Shown in pieces: positions 1 through 9,065 of a stretch of 32,000 bases of DNA. Position numbers and translations under genes: made by a program. Position 1 is the stretch's first letter, and each line of letters opens with the position of its first letter. Source of the stretch: Candidatus Saccharimonadota bacterium (GTDB lineage: Bacteria; Patescibacteriota; Saccharimonadia; Saccharimonadales; UBA4665); NCBI GenBank assembly GCA_016699935.1, contig CP064992.1, positions 420,001-452,000 on the forward strand, written 5' to 3'. The notes under the pieces were generated by a model, which worked only from the letters and a program-made list of their open reading frames with translations, was not told where the DNA came from and ran no database searches.

Positions 1-222
1 CCACTCCCCGCCCATAAGCAGCGCAACGAGGCAAAAAATTATTGACCATAGTTTACTCGACTCATGCAAAACTCCCACCACCCCAGCCTTGCCAGGAGAT
101 AGCGCGATTTTGCGTAACTCGAGTTTATTACTTTGTCCCATAAAAAGACTCACTAAATACCAGATTATATCGTATTATACGACAATATGCAATAATAGTA
201 TTTTGCTCGTGTTTTTGGTTCG

Positions 223-689
223 TTACGCGGCGGGTTTGAGGACGATGTGGCGGTCGCGGCCTTCGCCTTCGGAGTCGCTTATGAGCCCTGCGTCTGAAGC
301 AACCCGGTGCACGGTGCGGCGGTCAGCGGCGTTCATGGGCTGAACCTCAAATGGCTCACCCGTTTCCTTCACCTTCTTCACCCACTCTTCGGCAGTCTCC
401 GCGAGCCGATCGGCGCGCTGTTTTTGTACTCGGCAACATCGACGTTCACCCGACACACGGCGTAGTTTTGGTTCTTCAAGGCACTACTAACCAAAAACTG
501 CATGGAGCGCATAGTTTCACCGCGCTGGCCAATCAAAAATCCATTGAGGTGGGTTGAGGGGATATTGAGCTCAATAACTTCATTGTCTTCTGTGGTCGCG
601 TACACATCTGTGTTTAGGCCGTAAAACGACAACAAATCTTCTAGGTACTTCTTGGCATACTGGATAGCCGCTTCAACATCATTATTCAT
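223..689 (-). CDS. jag: Jag/KhpB-like RNA-binding protein (KH-like N-terminal part plus R3H domain), reading frame broken once
   Basis: ORF 378..689 gives the N-terminal part (GFLIGQRGETMRSMQFLV...VNVDVAEY). ORF 223..456 gives the R3H part (FEVQPMNAADRRTVHRVASDAG...HIVLKP). They join as ...VDVAEYKKQRADRLAETAEEW... if the T5 run at 421..425 is really T6. GGAGG lies 5 nt upstream of the ATG at 689. It is the last gene of the classic rpmH-rnpA-yidC-jag operon. Confidence 0.8.
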
Positions 690-691
690 GG

Positions 692-1648
692 TTACCTCCG
701 TTTCTTCTTAGACTTTTTGGAGGATTTTGTATGTGTTTGTTTTGTGGTTGTAGTGACAATTTCTGCTTCAGGGGTAGATGAGTATGATATTTTGCTGCCG
801 CGTTCTGTTTTGAGTGGCTTGTCGGATTCGGCGGCTTCGACGAGCTGTTCGGCATCATCTTCGAGCGCTTTCTTCTGCTGGAAGTACGCAACGACTCCGC
901 CCGTAAACCAGTACAGGCTCAGTGCGGCTGCCAGGTTAATCGTAAAGAAGAACACCATAAATGGGATGATGTACTGCATGCTGCGGCCAACGGCAGCACT
1001 CACTTCGGCCTGGTCGGCTTGCTTGCCGTCACCGGCCGCTTTCAGGATATGACGAAGTTTCCGCGCCTCTTTGTCTGCCGGCATAAGCTGCCGGCTCGTG
1101 AGAAACTGTATGCCCGCACTCAAGACAACGAGAATGAGCGCCGGAATATACGTCCCTTGGGCATTTAATGCCGCCCTCGAGAGGTCAATAACACCAAACA
1201 GTGAGTTATCGAAAGCTTTGATGTTTTCTGCTAGATGCTGCATCCATGGGAGGTTCTGCAGTGGCCCGTATGCGAACTGTACAATTTGGTTGGGGTCTTT
1301 TATGACTTTTATGAGACCCATGTACAGTCCAATCAGCACAATCATTTGAACGATCAGTGTCGGAAAGGCTCCAAATGGGTTAACGCCGCGCTCTTTGTAC
1401 AGCTCCATCATCATCTGGCCTTCGCGTTGTCGGTCGCCTTTTGCTTCCTTCTTGATGCGCTTGAGTTCTGGTTGGAGCTGCCGGGTTATTTTTGTCTGCC
1501 TCAGCTGCTTCTTGACAAGTGGCCACATCAATAACCTGATCACGATAGTAAATAAAATGATCGCCAAACCAAAGTTATGCCCTGGTATCAGTGCGTAAAT
1601 AAGCACGAGCAAATTAAAGATGGGTTGGACGACGAAATCCGTAAACAT
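692..1648 (-). CDS. yidC: YidC/Oxa1-family membrane protein insertase
   Basis: 318-aa polytopic protein (FGLAIILFTIVIRLLMWPL, ELYKERGVNPFG, MQYIIPFMVFFFT) with a basic C-tail KSSKKSKKKRR as in monoderm YidC. AGGAG lies upstream of the start. The rnpA stop is 1 nt before the start codon. Confidence 0.9.
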   Translation of the reverse strand: MFTDFVVQPIFNLLVLIYALIPGHNFGLAIILFTIVIRLLMWPLVKKQLRQTKITRQLQPELKRIKKEAKGDRQREGQMMMELYKERGVNPFGAFPTLIVQMIVLIGLYMGLIKVIKDPNQIVQFAYGPLQNLPWMQHLAENIKAFDNSLFGVIDLSRAALNAQGTYIPALILVVLSAGIQFLTSRQLMPADKEARKLRHILKAAGDGKQADQAEVSAAVGRSMQYIIPFMVFFFTINLAAALSLYWFTGGVVAYFQQKKALEDDAEQLVEAAESDKPLKTERGSKISYSSTPEAEIVTTTTKQTHTKSSKKSKKKRR

Positions 1649-1649
1649 A

Positions 1650-2033
1650 CTACTCCTTTTGTCCTTCTACTATACCACGTTCCTCTCGCGTGAATCGCCC
1701 CGGCAGTGCTTTTGACAACACCCCGTGGAGTTCGTTTGTAAGCTTGCGTGGTGTCAGTGTCGCGAGAGTGACATCGTACACGGTGACTATACAGTCGTAA
1801 CCTCCTAGAGCGCCCTGATACTGCGTCCGGACAAGTTCGTACAGGCGGCGCCGAATGCGGTTGCGAATAACCGCCGATTTGCTTACCTTACGACTAACAA
1901 CAATGGCAATACGGTATCCGGGCTCGTCCCTCTTGCTGTAGCGGAACGACAAAAACCTACCCCGTACTTGTTTGCCGCGGTACGCCAACCGTACACCCCT
2001 GGAACCATGAAAACGATTCTCTTTGCGCAGCAT
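1650..2033 (-). CDS. rnpA: Ribonuclease P protein component
   Basis: 127-aa basic protein with the RnpA signature region IAIVVSRKVSKSAVIRNRIRRRLYELVR. It sits between rpmH and yidC. Confidence 0.9.
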   Translation of the reverse strand: MLRKENRFHGSRGVRLAYRGKQVRGRFLSFRYSKRDEPGYRIAIVVSRKVSKSAVIRNRIRRRLYELVRTQYQGALGGYDCIVTVYDVTLATLTPRKLTNELHGVLSKALPGRFTREERGIVEGQKE

Positions 2034-2047
2034 GTTTCTGGTCTTGG

Positions 2048-2184
2048 TTAGTGGGTCAGTCGGGCACGTCCTTTGATGCGACGGCGTTTCATGACGGCTC
2101 GGCCCGCTCTTGTGGCCATTCTCTTTAGAAACCCGTGCTCTTTGGAGCGGTGACGTTTTTGGGTTGATAGGTTCGTTTCGGCAT
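2048..2184 (-). CDS. rpmH: 50S ribosomal protein L34, reading frame broken once
   Basis: The ATG at 2184 reads MPKRTYQPK, then the frame slips. The rest ([36 protein letters not shown]) is in the frame of ORF 2048..2317. The span is 137 nt and 138 nt is needed. Adding one base to the T5 run at 2156..2160 restores a canonical 45-aa L34. Confidence 0.85.
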
Positions 2185-2289
2185 GGTTACTTCCTATAGT
2201 TATTAGCTTTCGTAGTAGTATAGCACGGCCCCGTTCGGCATGCGCCCTGGTTGCGTAGTATTTGCTATTCTGGGCATAGTATAGCAAAG

Positions 2290-2434
2290 TTATCCCCCTT
2301 TTCCCAGCATTTTCCACAGAAGCTACGGTGTTAGAATTGGCTGTGGATAAATACTACTCCTTGAGCCCCTTTTTCTCCTTGACAAAATAGTTGTAGAAAA
2401 AGTTGTGGAAAACTTTCCGTTCCTTCGGTATAGT
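2290..2434. promoter_or_regulatory. DnaA-box cluster and dnaA promoter region (left half of a bipartite origin)
   Basis: Perfect DnaA box TGTGGATAA at 2342..2350. 8/9 boxes TTTTCCACA at 2310..2318 and TGTGGAAAA at 2404..2412. 7/9 box TTATCCCCC at 2290..2298. A candidate -10 TATAGT at 2429..2434 has its -35 position overlapped by the 2404..2412 box, which suggests autoregulation. Confidence 0.6.
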
Positions 2435-2461
2435 TTACATAAGAAAAGTGGAGTGTACTGC

Positions 2462-3853
2462 ATGAATGCTGTCGATTATGACCGGCTGTGGCAAACTGTG
2501 TTGGGTGATATAGAAATTTCTCTCTCTCGAGCAAATTACGTCACTTGGTTTAAGAATACCCGATTTATAGATTTTGTAGACGGTATTGCAACCATTGGTG
2601 TGCAGAATGTATTTATCAAGCAGCAGCTAGAGCGAAAATACGGTGATATCATCTCGGCTTCTCTTCAAAAGAATGACGTTCATGCAACAGAAATTGTGTT
2701 CAAGATCCAGGCCACCGCAACCAGATCGCGCGTCGCAGAGGAGCAGGCGGTATTTAATCAAATAGAGAAGAGTCGTGCCGCCGCTCAAACAGATAGCCCG
2801 CTGCACCGCCCTTCAAGCCCCCTTACCCACACATACAGGCAGGGGTTAAACGAGAAATATCGATTTGAAAACTTCATCGTCGGTTCGGGTAACGAGCTAG
2901 CTTACGCAGCGTGTCAGGCGGTCGCCGCCGACCCTGGGAAGAAATATAACCCATTGTTTTTGTATGGTGGCTCTGGTATAGGAAAGACCCATCTTATCCA
3001 GGCCGTGGGAACCGCAGTACTCTCCAATCGACCGGGCTCGCATGTGGTGTATGTGTCGAGCGAACAGTTTGTGCAAGAATTTGTCGATGCGCTCCGGTTC
3101 AAAAAAAACACCGATTTTGCTGACTACTACAGAAGTGCTGATGTCCTGATTGTTGACGACGTGCAGTTTTTAGCCGGCAAGGAAAAGATACAAGAAGAGT
3201 TTTTCCACACATTTAACGCCCTCCACCAAGCAAATAAACAAATTATTATTAGCAGCGATAGGCCGCCGCGCGAGATTCCAACCCTCGAGGAACGACTGAG
3301 GAGCCGTTTTGTGTGGGGGATGAGTATTGACATGCAAAACCCCGATTTCGAAACTCGTTGTGCGATTATCCAGTCTAAGGCCGAAGAGAAAAACATAATT
3401 CTGCCAACTGATATTGTTGAGTACCTGTCAACACAGTTTCAAACAAATATACGAGAGCTCGAGGGCGCCCTTAACCAAGTTTTGGCGTTTTGTGAGATGC
3501 GCGGTCTCTCCCCTAACCTTGCGATTGTGAGCGGATTGCTTGGGTCTTCCAAGAGTCGTCCGAAGCACCTGAGCGCGCGACAAATCGTTGAGCGTTGCGC
3601 TAAATATTACCAAATCCCCCTGGAAGATATCTTGGGTCCTAAGCGAGATAAGGATATTGTTGTTCCGCGGCAGGTAGCCATGTATTTACTGCGTAGCGAA
3701 CTCCATTTGAGCTTCCCTAAAATTGCGCAGGAACTTGGCAAGAAAGACCACACAACCGCTATCCACTCTGTAGAAAAGATTGAAAAGGAAACCGATTTTG
3801 ATCCGTCTATTCGAACGGCCCTGGCGGAGATTAAGGAGCGTTTGTATGCGTAA
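2462..3853 (+). CDS. dnaA: Chromosomal replication initiator protein DnaA
   Basis: The N-terminus MNAVDYDRLWQTVLGDIEISL is typical of DnaA. Walker A is GGSGIGKTHL, Walker B is LIVDDVQFL, and the C-terminal DNA-binding helix is KDHTTAIHSVEKI. GGAG lies 8 nt upstream of the ATG at 2462. The earlier alternative start at 2405 adds a non-DnaA-like leader. Confidence 0.95.
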   Translation: MNAVDYDRLWQTVLGDIEISLSRANYVTWFKNTRFIDFVDGIATIGVQNVFIKQQLERKYGDIISASLQKNDVHATEIVFKIQATATRSRVAEEQAVFNQIEKSRAAAQTDSPLHRPSSPLTHTYRQGLNEKYRFENFIVGSGNELAYAACQAVAADPGKKYNPLFLYGGSGIGKTHLIQAVGTAVLSNRPGSHVVYVSSEQFVQEFVDALRFKKNTDFADYYRSADVLIVDDVQFLAGKEKIQEEFFHTFNALHQANKQIIISSDRPPREIPTLEERLRSRFVWGMSIDMQNPDFETRCAIIQSKAEEKNIILPTDIVEYLSTQFQTNIRELEGALNQVLAFCEMRGLSPNLAIVSGLLGSSKSRPKHLSARQIVERCAKYYQIPLEDILGPKRDKDIVVPRQVAMYLLRSELHLSFPKIAQELGKKDHTTAIHSVEKIEKETDFDPSIRTALAEIKERLYA

Positions 3854-3867
3854 GTATGTTTGGGGGC

Positions 3868-4130
3868 TGTGGAGTGTTTGTGGGTGTATTGTGGAAAAGG
3901 TTGTTGGATATGGTGGCATTAAACACAGTGTTTGGGTGGGGGTTTCGCAGGCTGGGTATAGTTTGGGTATTTTTACCTGGTTCTATACACACCTTCACTA
4001 CACGCATATACACTCGTTGAGGGCTTGTTTCTTCTCTATTAAAGGTTGTTTATCCTCATTTTCCACAACCCTAATAATAACTACTACTTGGTATAAACAT
4101 AATATATTCATTAACTCTGTATGTGGAAAG
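3868..4130. other. Probable oriC (dnaA-dnaN intergenic DnaA boxes plus AT-rich unwinding region)
   Basis: DnaA-box-like 9-mers: TGTGGAAAA 3890..3898, TTATCCTCA 4050..4058, TTTTCCACA 4059..4067, TGTGGAAAG 4122..4130, and a weaker TGTGGAGTG at 3868..3876. A strongly AT-rich stretch spans 4071..4120 (ctaataataactactacttggtataaacataatatattcattaac). The 285-nt gap has no credible ORF. Confidence 0.6.
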
Positions 4131-4138
4131 GCTGCTAT

Positions 4139-5228
4139 ATGAAGTTGAAAGTAACCCAAGAAAATCTTACAAAAGCACTTAATTATGTTGCTCGTGTTGC
4201 AAACACTCGGTCAACACTTCCTATTCTCGCAAATGTACTTCTATCTATAGAGGAAAACCGCCTTAAATTAGCAACAACTAACCTCGATATTGCTATTTCA
4301 AGTACTATAGGCGCACAAGTACAAGAAGAAGGCAGTATTACTGTGCCGGCGCGGCTTTTCCAGGAGCTTGTTGCCGGTCTACCGAGTGGTGTGATTGAAC
4401 TTGAACAAGATGAGCAACGACTTAAGATAACAGCCGAACAGTATAAATCCGTCATAAACGGCGTAAGTGCAGAAGAATTTCCGGTTATGCCGGCCATAGA
4501 AAAAGGAAGCACATGGACTGTCCCTGCGCCGCTTCTAAAACAAACACTCCACCAGGTATTATTTGCGGCCTCAAATGACGAAAGTCGCCCCGTCTTAACA
4601 GGAGTTTATGTACGGTCAGTTGAGGGGTTTTGTTTTTGCTGCAACCGATAGCTACCGGCTTGCCGAGAAACGGCTTAATAAAACAAAACAAGAAGTAAAC
4701 CTCCTCATCCCCGCTTCGGCTTTCCAGGATGTGCTGCGTGTTATTTCCGACCAAACCGAAGATGTGACGGTTGTGTGTGATGATCAACAAGCACTGTTCC
4801 GTGTTGGGGATGTAGAGGTTGTGGCAAGGCTCATAGACGGCACTTACCCAGATTATCGCAAATTAATCCCGACCACATTTGCCGTTGGAACTACCATGTT
4901 ACGGACCGAGCTAATAAACATCGTTAAGGTAACAAGTTTGTTTGCGCGAGAGAGTGCTGGAAGTGTGGTTATAAGTGTCGACGAAGCGAGCCAGAGTATA
5001 TGGGTTAGAGCCGTCGCTTCGCAACTTGGTGAAAATAACGCGACCGCGTCAGTGAAAGCAGAGGGCACTGGGTCGATTACATTAAATTCACGCTATCTTC
5101 TCGAATCTCTACAAGCAATGGAAGGAAAAGAGGTGTATCTTGGGTTTAATGGCAAGGTTGAGGCAGTTCTTTTGTCTGACCCAAACACCGACGACTACAC
5201 ACACATAATCATGCCTCTTAAAAGCTAG
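4139..5228 (+). CDS. dnaN: DNA polymerase III beta sliding clamp, reading frame broken once
   Basis: Starts MKLKVTQENLTKALNYVARVANTRSTLPILANVLL. ORFs 4121..4651 and 4608..5228 join as ...PVLTGVYVRSVEGFVFAATDSYRLAEKRL... if one base is removed from the G4T4 run at 4624..4631. The C-terminus ends ...YTHIIMPLKS. Confidence 0.9.
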
Positions 5229-5248
5229 GCGTACGCTATACTGACCGT

Positions 5249-6295
5249 ATGATATCGAACGTTCGTTTGCAACATTTTCGGTCCTACGAAGACGGCGCTT
5301 TTGAGTTTAGCGACGGGGTAAACATCATTGTTGGACCAAACGGTAGCGGTAAAACAAACCTTCTCGAAGCATTGCTTGTTCTTGCGCGAGGCGGTTCATA
5401 TCGCGCTGGGGATGCTGATCTATTAGAGTTTGGTTCTGGCTGGGTGAGGATTGATGGGATAATTGACGGTGCGCAAGAAAGAACCATTGTATTTAAGAAA
5501 GACACCCTTCTGCAAAAAACTACACCGTGGGCGCAAAAACATACAGTCGACTGCTCGAAAAACTGAAACTCCCAACCGTCTTATTCGAACCAAACCACCT
5601 ATCGTTGCTTCACGGATCGCCCGAAGGAAGGAGAACGTACCTCGATGATGTGCTTGAACAAATAAAGCCCGGATTCGCGGTGTTTCGAAAGAGCTACAAA
5701 CGAGTTCTCGCCCAAAGAAACACACTCTTAAAAAACCAACTACACCAAAACAAGAGTTTTCCCATGGAATTTGAGGCTCAGTGAGCTTGGGGCGGTTATC
5801 TACCGATCTCGTCGCGAGCTAGTCGATGAATTTGCTACCCACATAAACGATCTATATCAGCAGCTTGCGGAAAACAAGACGGACGTGAGCGTGAGGTATG
5901 AAAGTCGCATACCTGAGGTTGATTATGAATCTCAACTCCTTCGCATGCTTGAGGAAAATCACCACAAAGATACTGAGCGAGGTTTTACATCGTTTGGCCC
6001 ACACCGAGATGACCTAACCGTGCTTTTTGACGGTGTTCCCGCCGCACTGACTGCGTCCCGCGGAGAAGCACGAACGGCTACCCTAACTTTAAAAATACTC
6101 GAGGCACAGGTGCTTGAGCGCACACTAAACACAAAACCACTGCTACTACTTGACGATGTTTTTAGTGAGCTCGACGGCATCCGCCGCCGCGCGCTTACAG
6201 AGTATCTCCGGGATTATCAAACGTTTATTACAACCACCGACGCAGATATCGTGGTTAAGCACTTCACGAGCAGTACGGTTATACCGGTGGTATAA
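5249..6295 (+). CDS. recF: DNA replication/repair protein RecF, reading frame broken twice
   Basis: Walker A GPNGSGKTNLLEA is near the N-terminus, and Walker B/D-loop LLLLDDVFSELD is near the C-terminus. The three ORFs 5249..5566, 5527..5784 and 5771..6295 join at the A6 run 5514..5519 (...LLQKNYTVGAKTY...) and at T4C3 5757..5763 (...NKSFPWNLRLSELG...). Confidence 0.85.
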
Positions 6296-6297
6296 CC

Positions 6298-7800
6298 CTA
6301 TAGATCAGCACTGCTTATAACTACATAGTTTTTGGGGAAAGCCGCCTTGTCGATAATACTCCTCAGGTCCCGCTGAACCATTTTTTCATCTCGGGCCTTT
6401 CTCGACGCACTATCATAATATTGTGGAGTAATAATAACTAGATTTCTATAGACGGAAACAGAAGAGACGGTTTCTGACCGTAGTACATTGAGAACAATTT
6501 TATCTATGGGATTAGTTTCTGTGGTCTCACCGTCCCCGATAAGCAAACCAATTTTATCTTGTCGAATATCAACGAGGCAGAGCAAGTAAGTGTCACCGGG
6601 CGCAGGTGAAAAACCACACGGGCGGTAATCTCCGAACGTGTAATCATAGAATCCAGAATCACTCAAAGGATTGTACGACATGACGCCCAGTGAAGAGACA
6701 ATACGAAGGTTCGATGAAGAAGTTTCAAACATATCAGTTACACCAGGAATCACATAGAGCTTCCTTGGCTTTGATTCAGAAATATCATAAACAGCCATTC
6801 CAGCCAGGCCAATCGCGCAGAGACGCCCTTGCCCACAAGTAGTTGCAGAGGAATATATGTTTGGTAGGATGAAGTGTTTTTGTTTTTGCTTATTGTATAC
6901 GATGACCTCGGATGTGCCAGCAAGTTCTGTCGTGGCCGTCATATCATTTTCGGGGTTCAAGTTCTCGGTGGTTGAGTTTTCGCTGTATAAAATTATGATG
7001 TCGTCTTTGTGTGTGCGAACGCCGGCTATACTAAGGCCATTTTGGCGAGGTAACTCGGGGCGAAGGCGGACCGATGACATATCTACCGGATTAATATAAA
7101 AATAGTCGGCTCTCGAGTTTTCGTAAACCAACACACCATTTCCATATGGACGGATCTCATACACGTAGTTTGGATCAAGTGCATCAATCCTCACACGCTC
7201 AGCTCCAACTAAATCCGAGTTTATAACTTGCAGAGAATAACCGGCCAATCCTTCAACATCCTTCAATAGCGCAACATAATCTCCCGCGCGGGTTGTTGCC
7301 ATGCCAGCCAGTTCCCCATAAAGGTTATTTGATGATAGCTGTGTGCTGTATGAAGGAGTATAACCGGATGCTGGCAAGTGTTTCTCGATCCGATAGGCGG
7401 AACCATCACACTCGGCCGAGAACATCGCATCACCAATAACGTATGCACAGGGAGAGGGGTTATTGCCAACAAAGCTGCGTGATTTTTCACGAACAAGCCC
7501 TACATCGATGGATATACTTCTAAGAAGGCCCTGAGTTTTTCTTACTGCAAAGAAGTTTTTAGAGTCTTGCTGAACCACAATCTGGTAAGTGTCATTTTTT
7601 ACAACCCGCTTTACGATCTTGTCCGACGAACGAAAAGATGTCGCAACCCCAGAGCTATTGATAAACCGATACGTTCTCGCATGTGAGGTATTATTGACTA
7701 AATAAATATACGAGTGGCCCCATATCCAGGATAAGCCAATAAAACAAACACAAGCAAGAATAAAGGCGAGCACTAGTTGAATTTGTTGTCTTTTTTGCAT
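6298..7800 (-). CDS. Hypothetical N-terminally membrane-anchored, beta-rich extracytoplasmic protein (last gene of the T4SS operon)
   Basis: Probable start MQKRQQIQLVLAFILACVCFIGLSWIW gives a single N-terminal TM. About 470 aa of Ser/Tyr/Asn-rich sequence follow, with no family I recognise. Its ATG overlaps the upstream stop (TAATG at 7798..7802). Its stop is 2 nt from the convergent recF stop. Confidence 0.6.
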   Translation of the reverse strand: MQKRQQIQLVLAFILACVCFIGLSWIWGHSYIYLVNNTSHARTYRFINSSGVATSFRSSDKIVKRVVKNDTYQIVVQQDSKNFFAVRKTQGLLRSISIDVGLVREKSRSFVGNNPSPCAYVIGDAMFSAECDGSAYRIEKHLPASGYTPSYSTQLSSNNLYGELAGMATTRAGDYVALLKDVEGLAGYSLQVINSDLVGAERVRIDALDPNYVYEIRPYGNGVLVYENSRADYFYINPVDMSSVRLRPELPRQNGLSIAGVRTHKDDIIILYSENSTTENLNPENDMTATTELAGTSEVIVYNKQKQKHFILPNIYSSATTCGQGRLCAIGLAGMAVYDISESKPRKLYVIPGVTDMFETSSSNLRIVSSLGVMSYNPLSDSGFYDYTFGDYRPCGFSPAPGDTYLLCLVDIRQDKIGLLIGDGETTETNPIDKIVLNVLRSETVSSVSVYRNLVIITPQYYDSASRKARDEKMVQRDLRSIIDKAAFPKNYVVISSADL

Positions 7801-9065
7801 TAACGGCCCCTCCAAGGGTAGCTGCAACCTATCGTAGGAAGTTGTTTAATATCCGGTACGTTCGTGCTCTTGCCAATTGCCATAAGAAGGTTTTGCGGGC
7901 AAACGACTTTGCCATTAGTTTTAATAGCAAAATGCAGATGAGGGCCAGTCGAATTTCCGGTGCTTGCAGAGTGCATAATGAGCTGACCAGCCTCCACAGT
8001 ATCTCCTTTTTTTGCCCCAGGAACCGAACCACCGTCGCTGCCATGACCGTATTGCATTACAACCCCCCCTCCCACGTCTATTATAACGCCGTAACCAAGA
8101 CCCTCGGTCGCCGTACCTGCCGGTGCTGAAGTTATCTTGCCGCCTGCGACAGCGTACACCTTTTGACCGGGAGGCACGGGTATGTCGGCGGCAGGATAGT
8201 CGTGGTGTGGCTTCGAAAACCATTCTGGGTGCTGGTCAAACCACTTTTTATCAACTGGCAAGCTATAGTTTCCATTCAGAAAAGAACTTGAGCCCCCGTC
8301 CCCACAGCTAACAGCAGACGCCTGGTCACTAGAAGGGAACGAACCATATTTTTTCATAGCGTCAATTGCATAAGAAAGACGAGCGCTAACGCTACCAGAT
8401 TGATCTGCTGGCCTCTCGTACCCGACATACTTTCCGCCCGTTTTTTTATTTCCCTGGAACGCTAAGACGGCTTCGCGCAAATCGACCTGTTGCTTCAGGT
8501 CGTCGCCCGCCTGTTTTTCAGGGATGGAGGTTTTCCCTTCTAGCTGGCTCCAGACGAAAGCTATCTGTACGCCGAGGTTATTTGCTTCTGCAACAGTGTG
8601 CGCTGCCGTTTTTGTCTCTGGATTGACTGAGCTGATGAACTTCACGCCAGGAGTCCACTGTACAAGACCCCAGCCAGCGGTCGAGCCGCTCTCGAGGTAT
8701 TGTTCTGCAGTTGTTATTTGACTGGCTGGGGTGTTTTGCTTTCTTTGTGGCAACAACCCAGATTCTACCACCATATTCCCTATAATCCCCGCAGCTTGTA
8801 CTGGGGTTAGTCGCCCAGGCTCTGTCAGGTAATCGAAGATTGCTTTTCCGTTTTGTTCACTTGATCCGTTGGGTATATTAACGCCACCCGCAAGACAGCC
8901 CAAAAGCACCTGGTTTTTTTCGTACCAGACACTTCCAATAAGCACCATATCGAGGGCGTCACCATCAAGCGGTTCAGCGGTTGCGACGACGACATTGCCT
9001 AATATAAGGAGTACGCTAAGAATAGCCAAGATACTTTTTAAACGATTACTACATTTGTTTTTCAC
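7800..9065 (-). CDS. Secreted bifunctional peptidoglycan hydrolase: phage-tail-lysozyme-like domain plus C-terminal M23 (LytM) metallopeptidase, VirB1 analogue
   Basis: Signal peptide MKNKCSNRLKSILAILSVLLILGNVVVATA. Lysozyme-like motif AAGIIGNMVVESGLLP...GWGLVQWTPG. M23 motifs HHDYPAADIPVPPGQKVYAVAGGKI and STGPHLHFAIK. A GTG start overlaps the upstream stop (GTGA at 9062..9065). Confidence 0.75.
   Translation of the reverse strand: MKNKCSNRLKSILAILSVLLILGNVVVATAEPLDGDALDMVLIGSVWYEKNQVLLGCLAGGVNIPNGSSEQNGKAIFDYLTEPGRLTPVQAAGIIGNMVVESGLLPQRKQNTPASQITTAEQYLESGSTAGWGLVQWTPGVKFISSVNPETKTAAHTVAEANNLGVQIAFVWSQLEGKTSIPEKQAGDDLKQQVDLREAVLAFQGNKKTGGKYVGYERPADQSGSVSARLSYAIDAMKKYGSFPSSDQASAVSCGDGGSSSFLNGNYSLPVDKKWFDQHPEWFSKPHHDYPAADIPVPPGQKVYAVAGGKITSAPAGTATEGLGYGVIIDVGGGVVMQYGHGSDGGSVPGAKKGDTVEAGQLIMHSASTGNSTGPHLHFAIKTNGKVVCPQNLLMAIGKSTNVPDIKQLPTIGCSYPWRGR

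Noticed and set aside
1-222. A possible gene or ncRNA at the left edge, including ORF 89-343(+)
   Set aside because: ORF 89-343 overlaps the jag 3' end on the other strand and looks like low-complexity noise. I saw no RBS, motif or convincing structure in 1-222. It is probably intergenic, or the tail of a feature outside the window.
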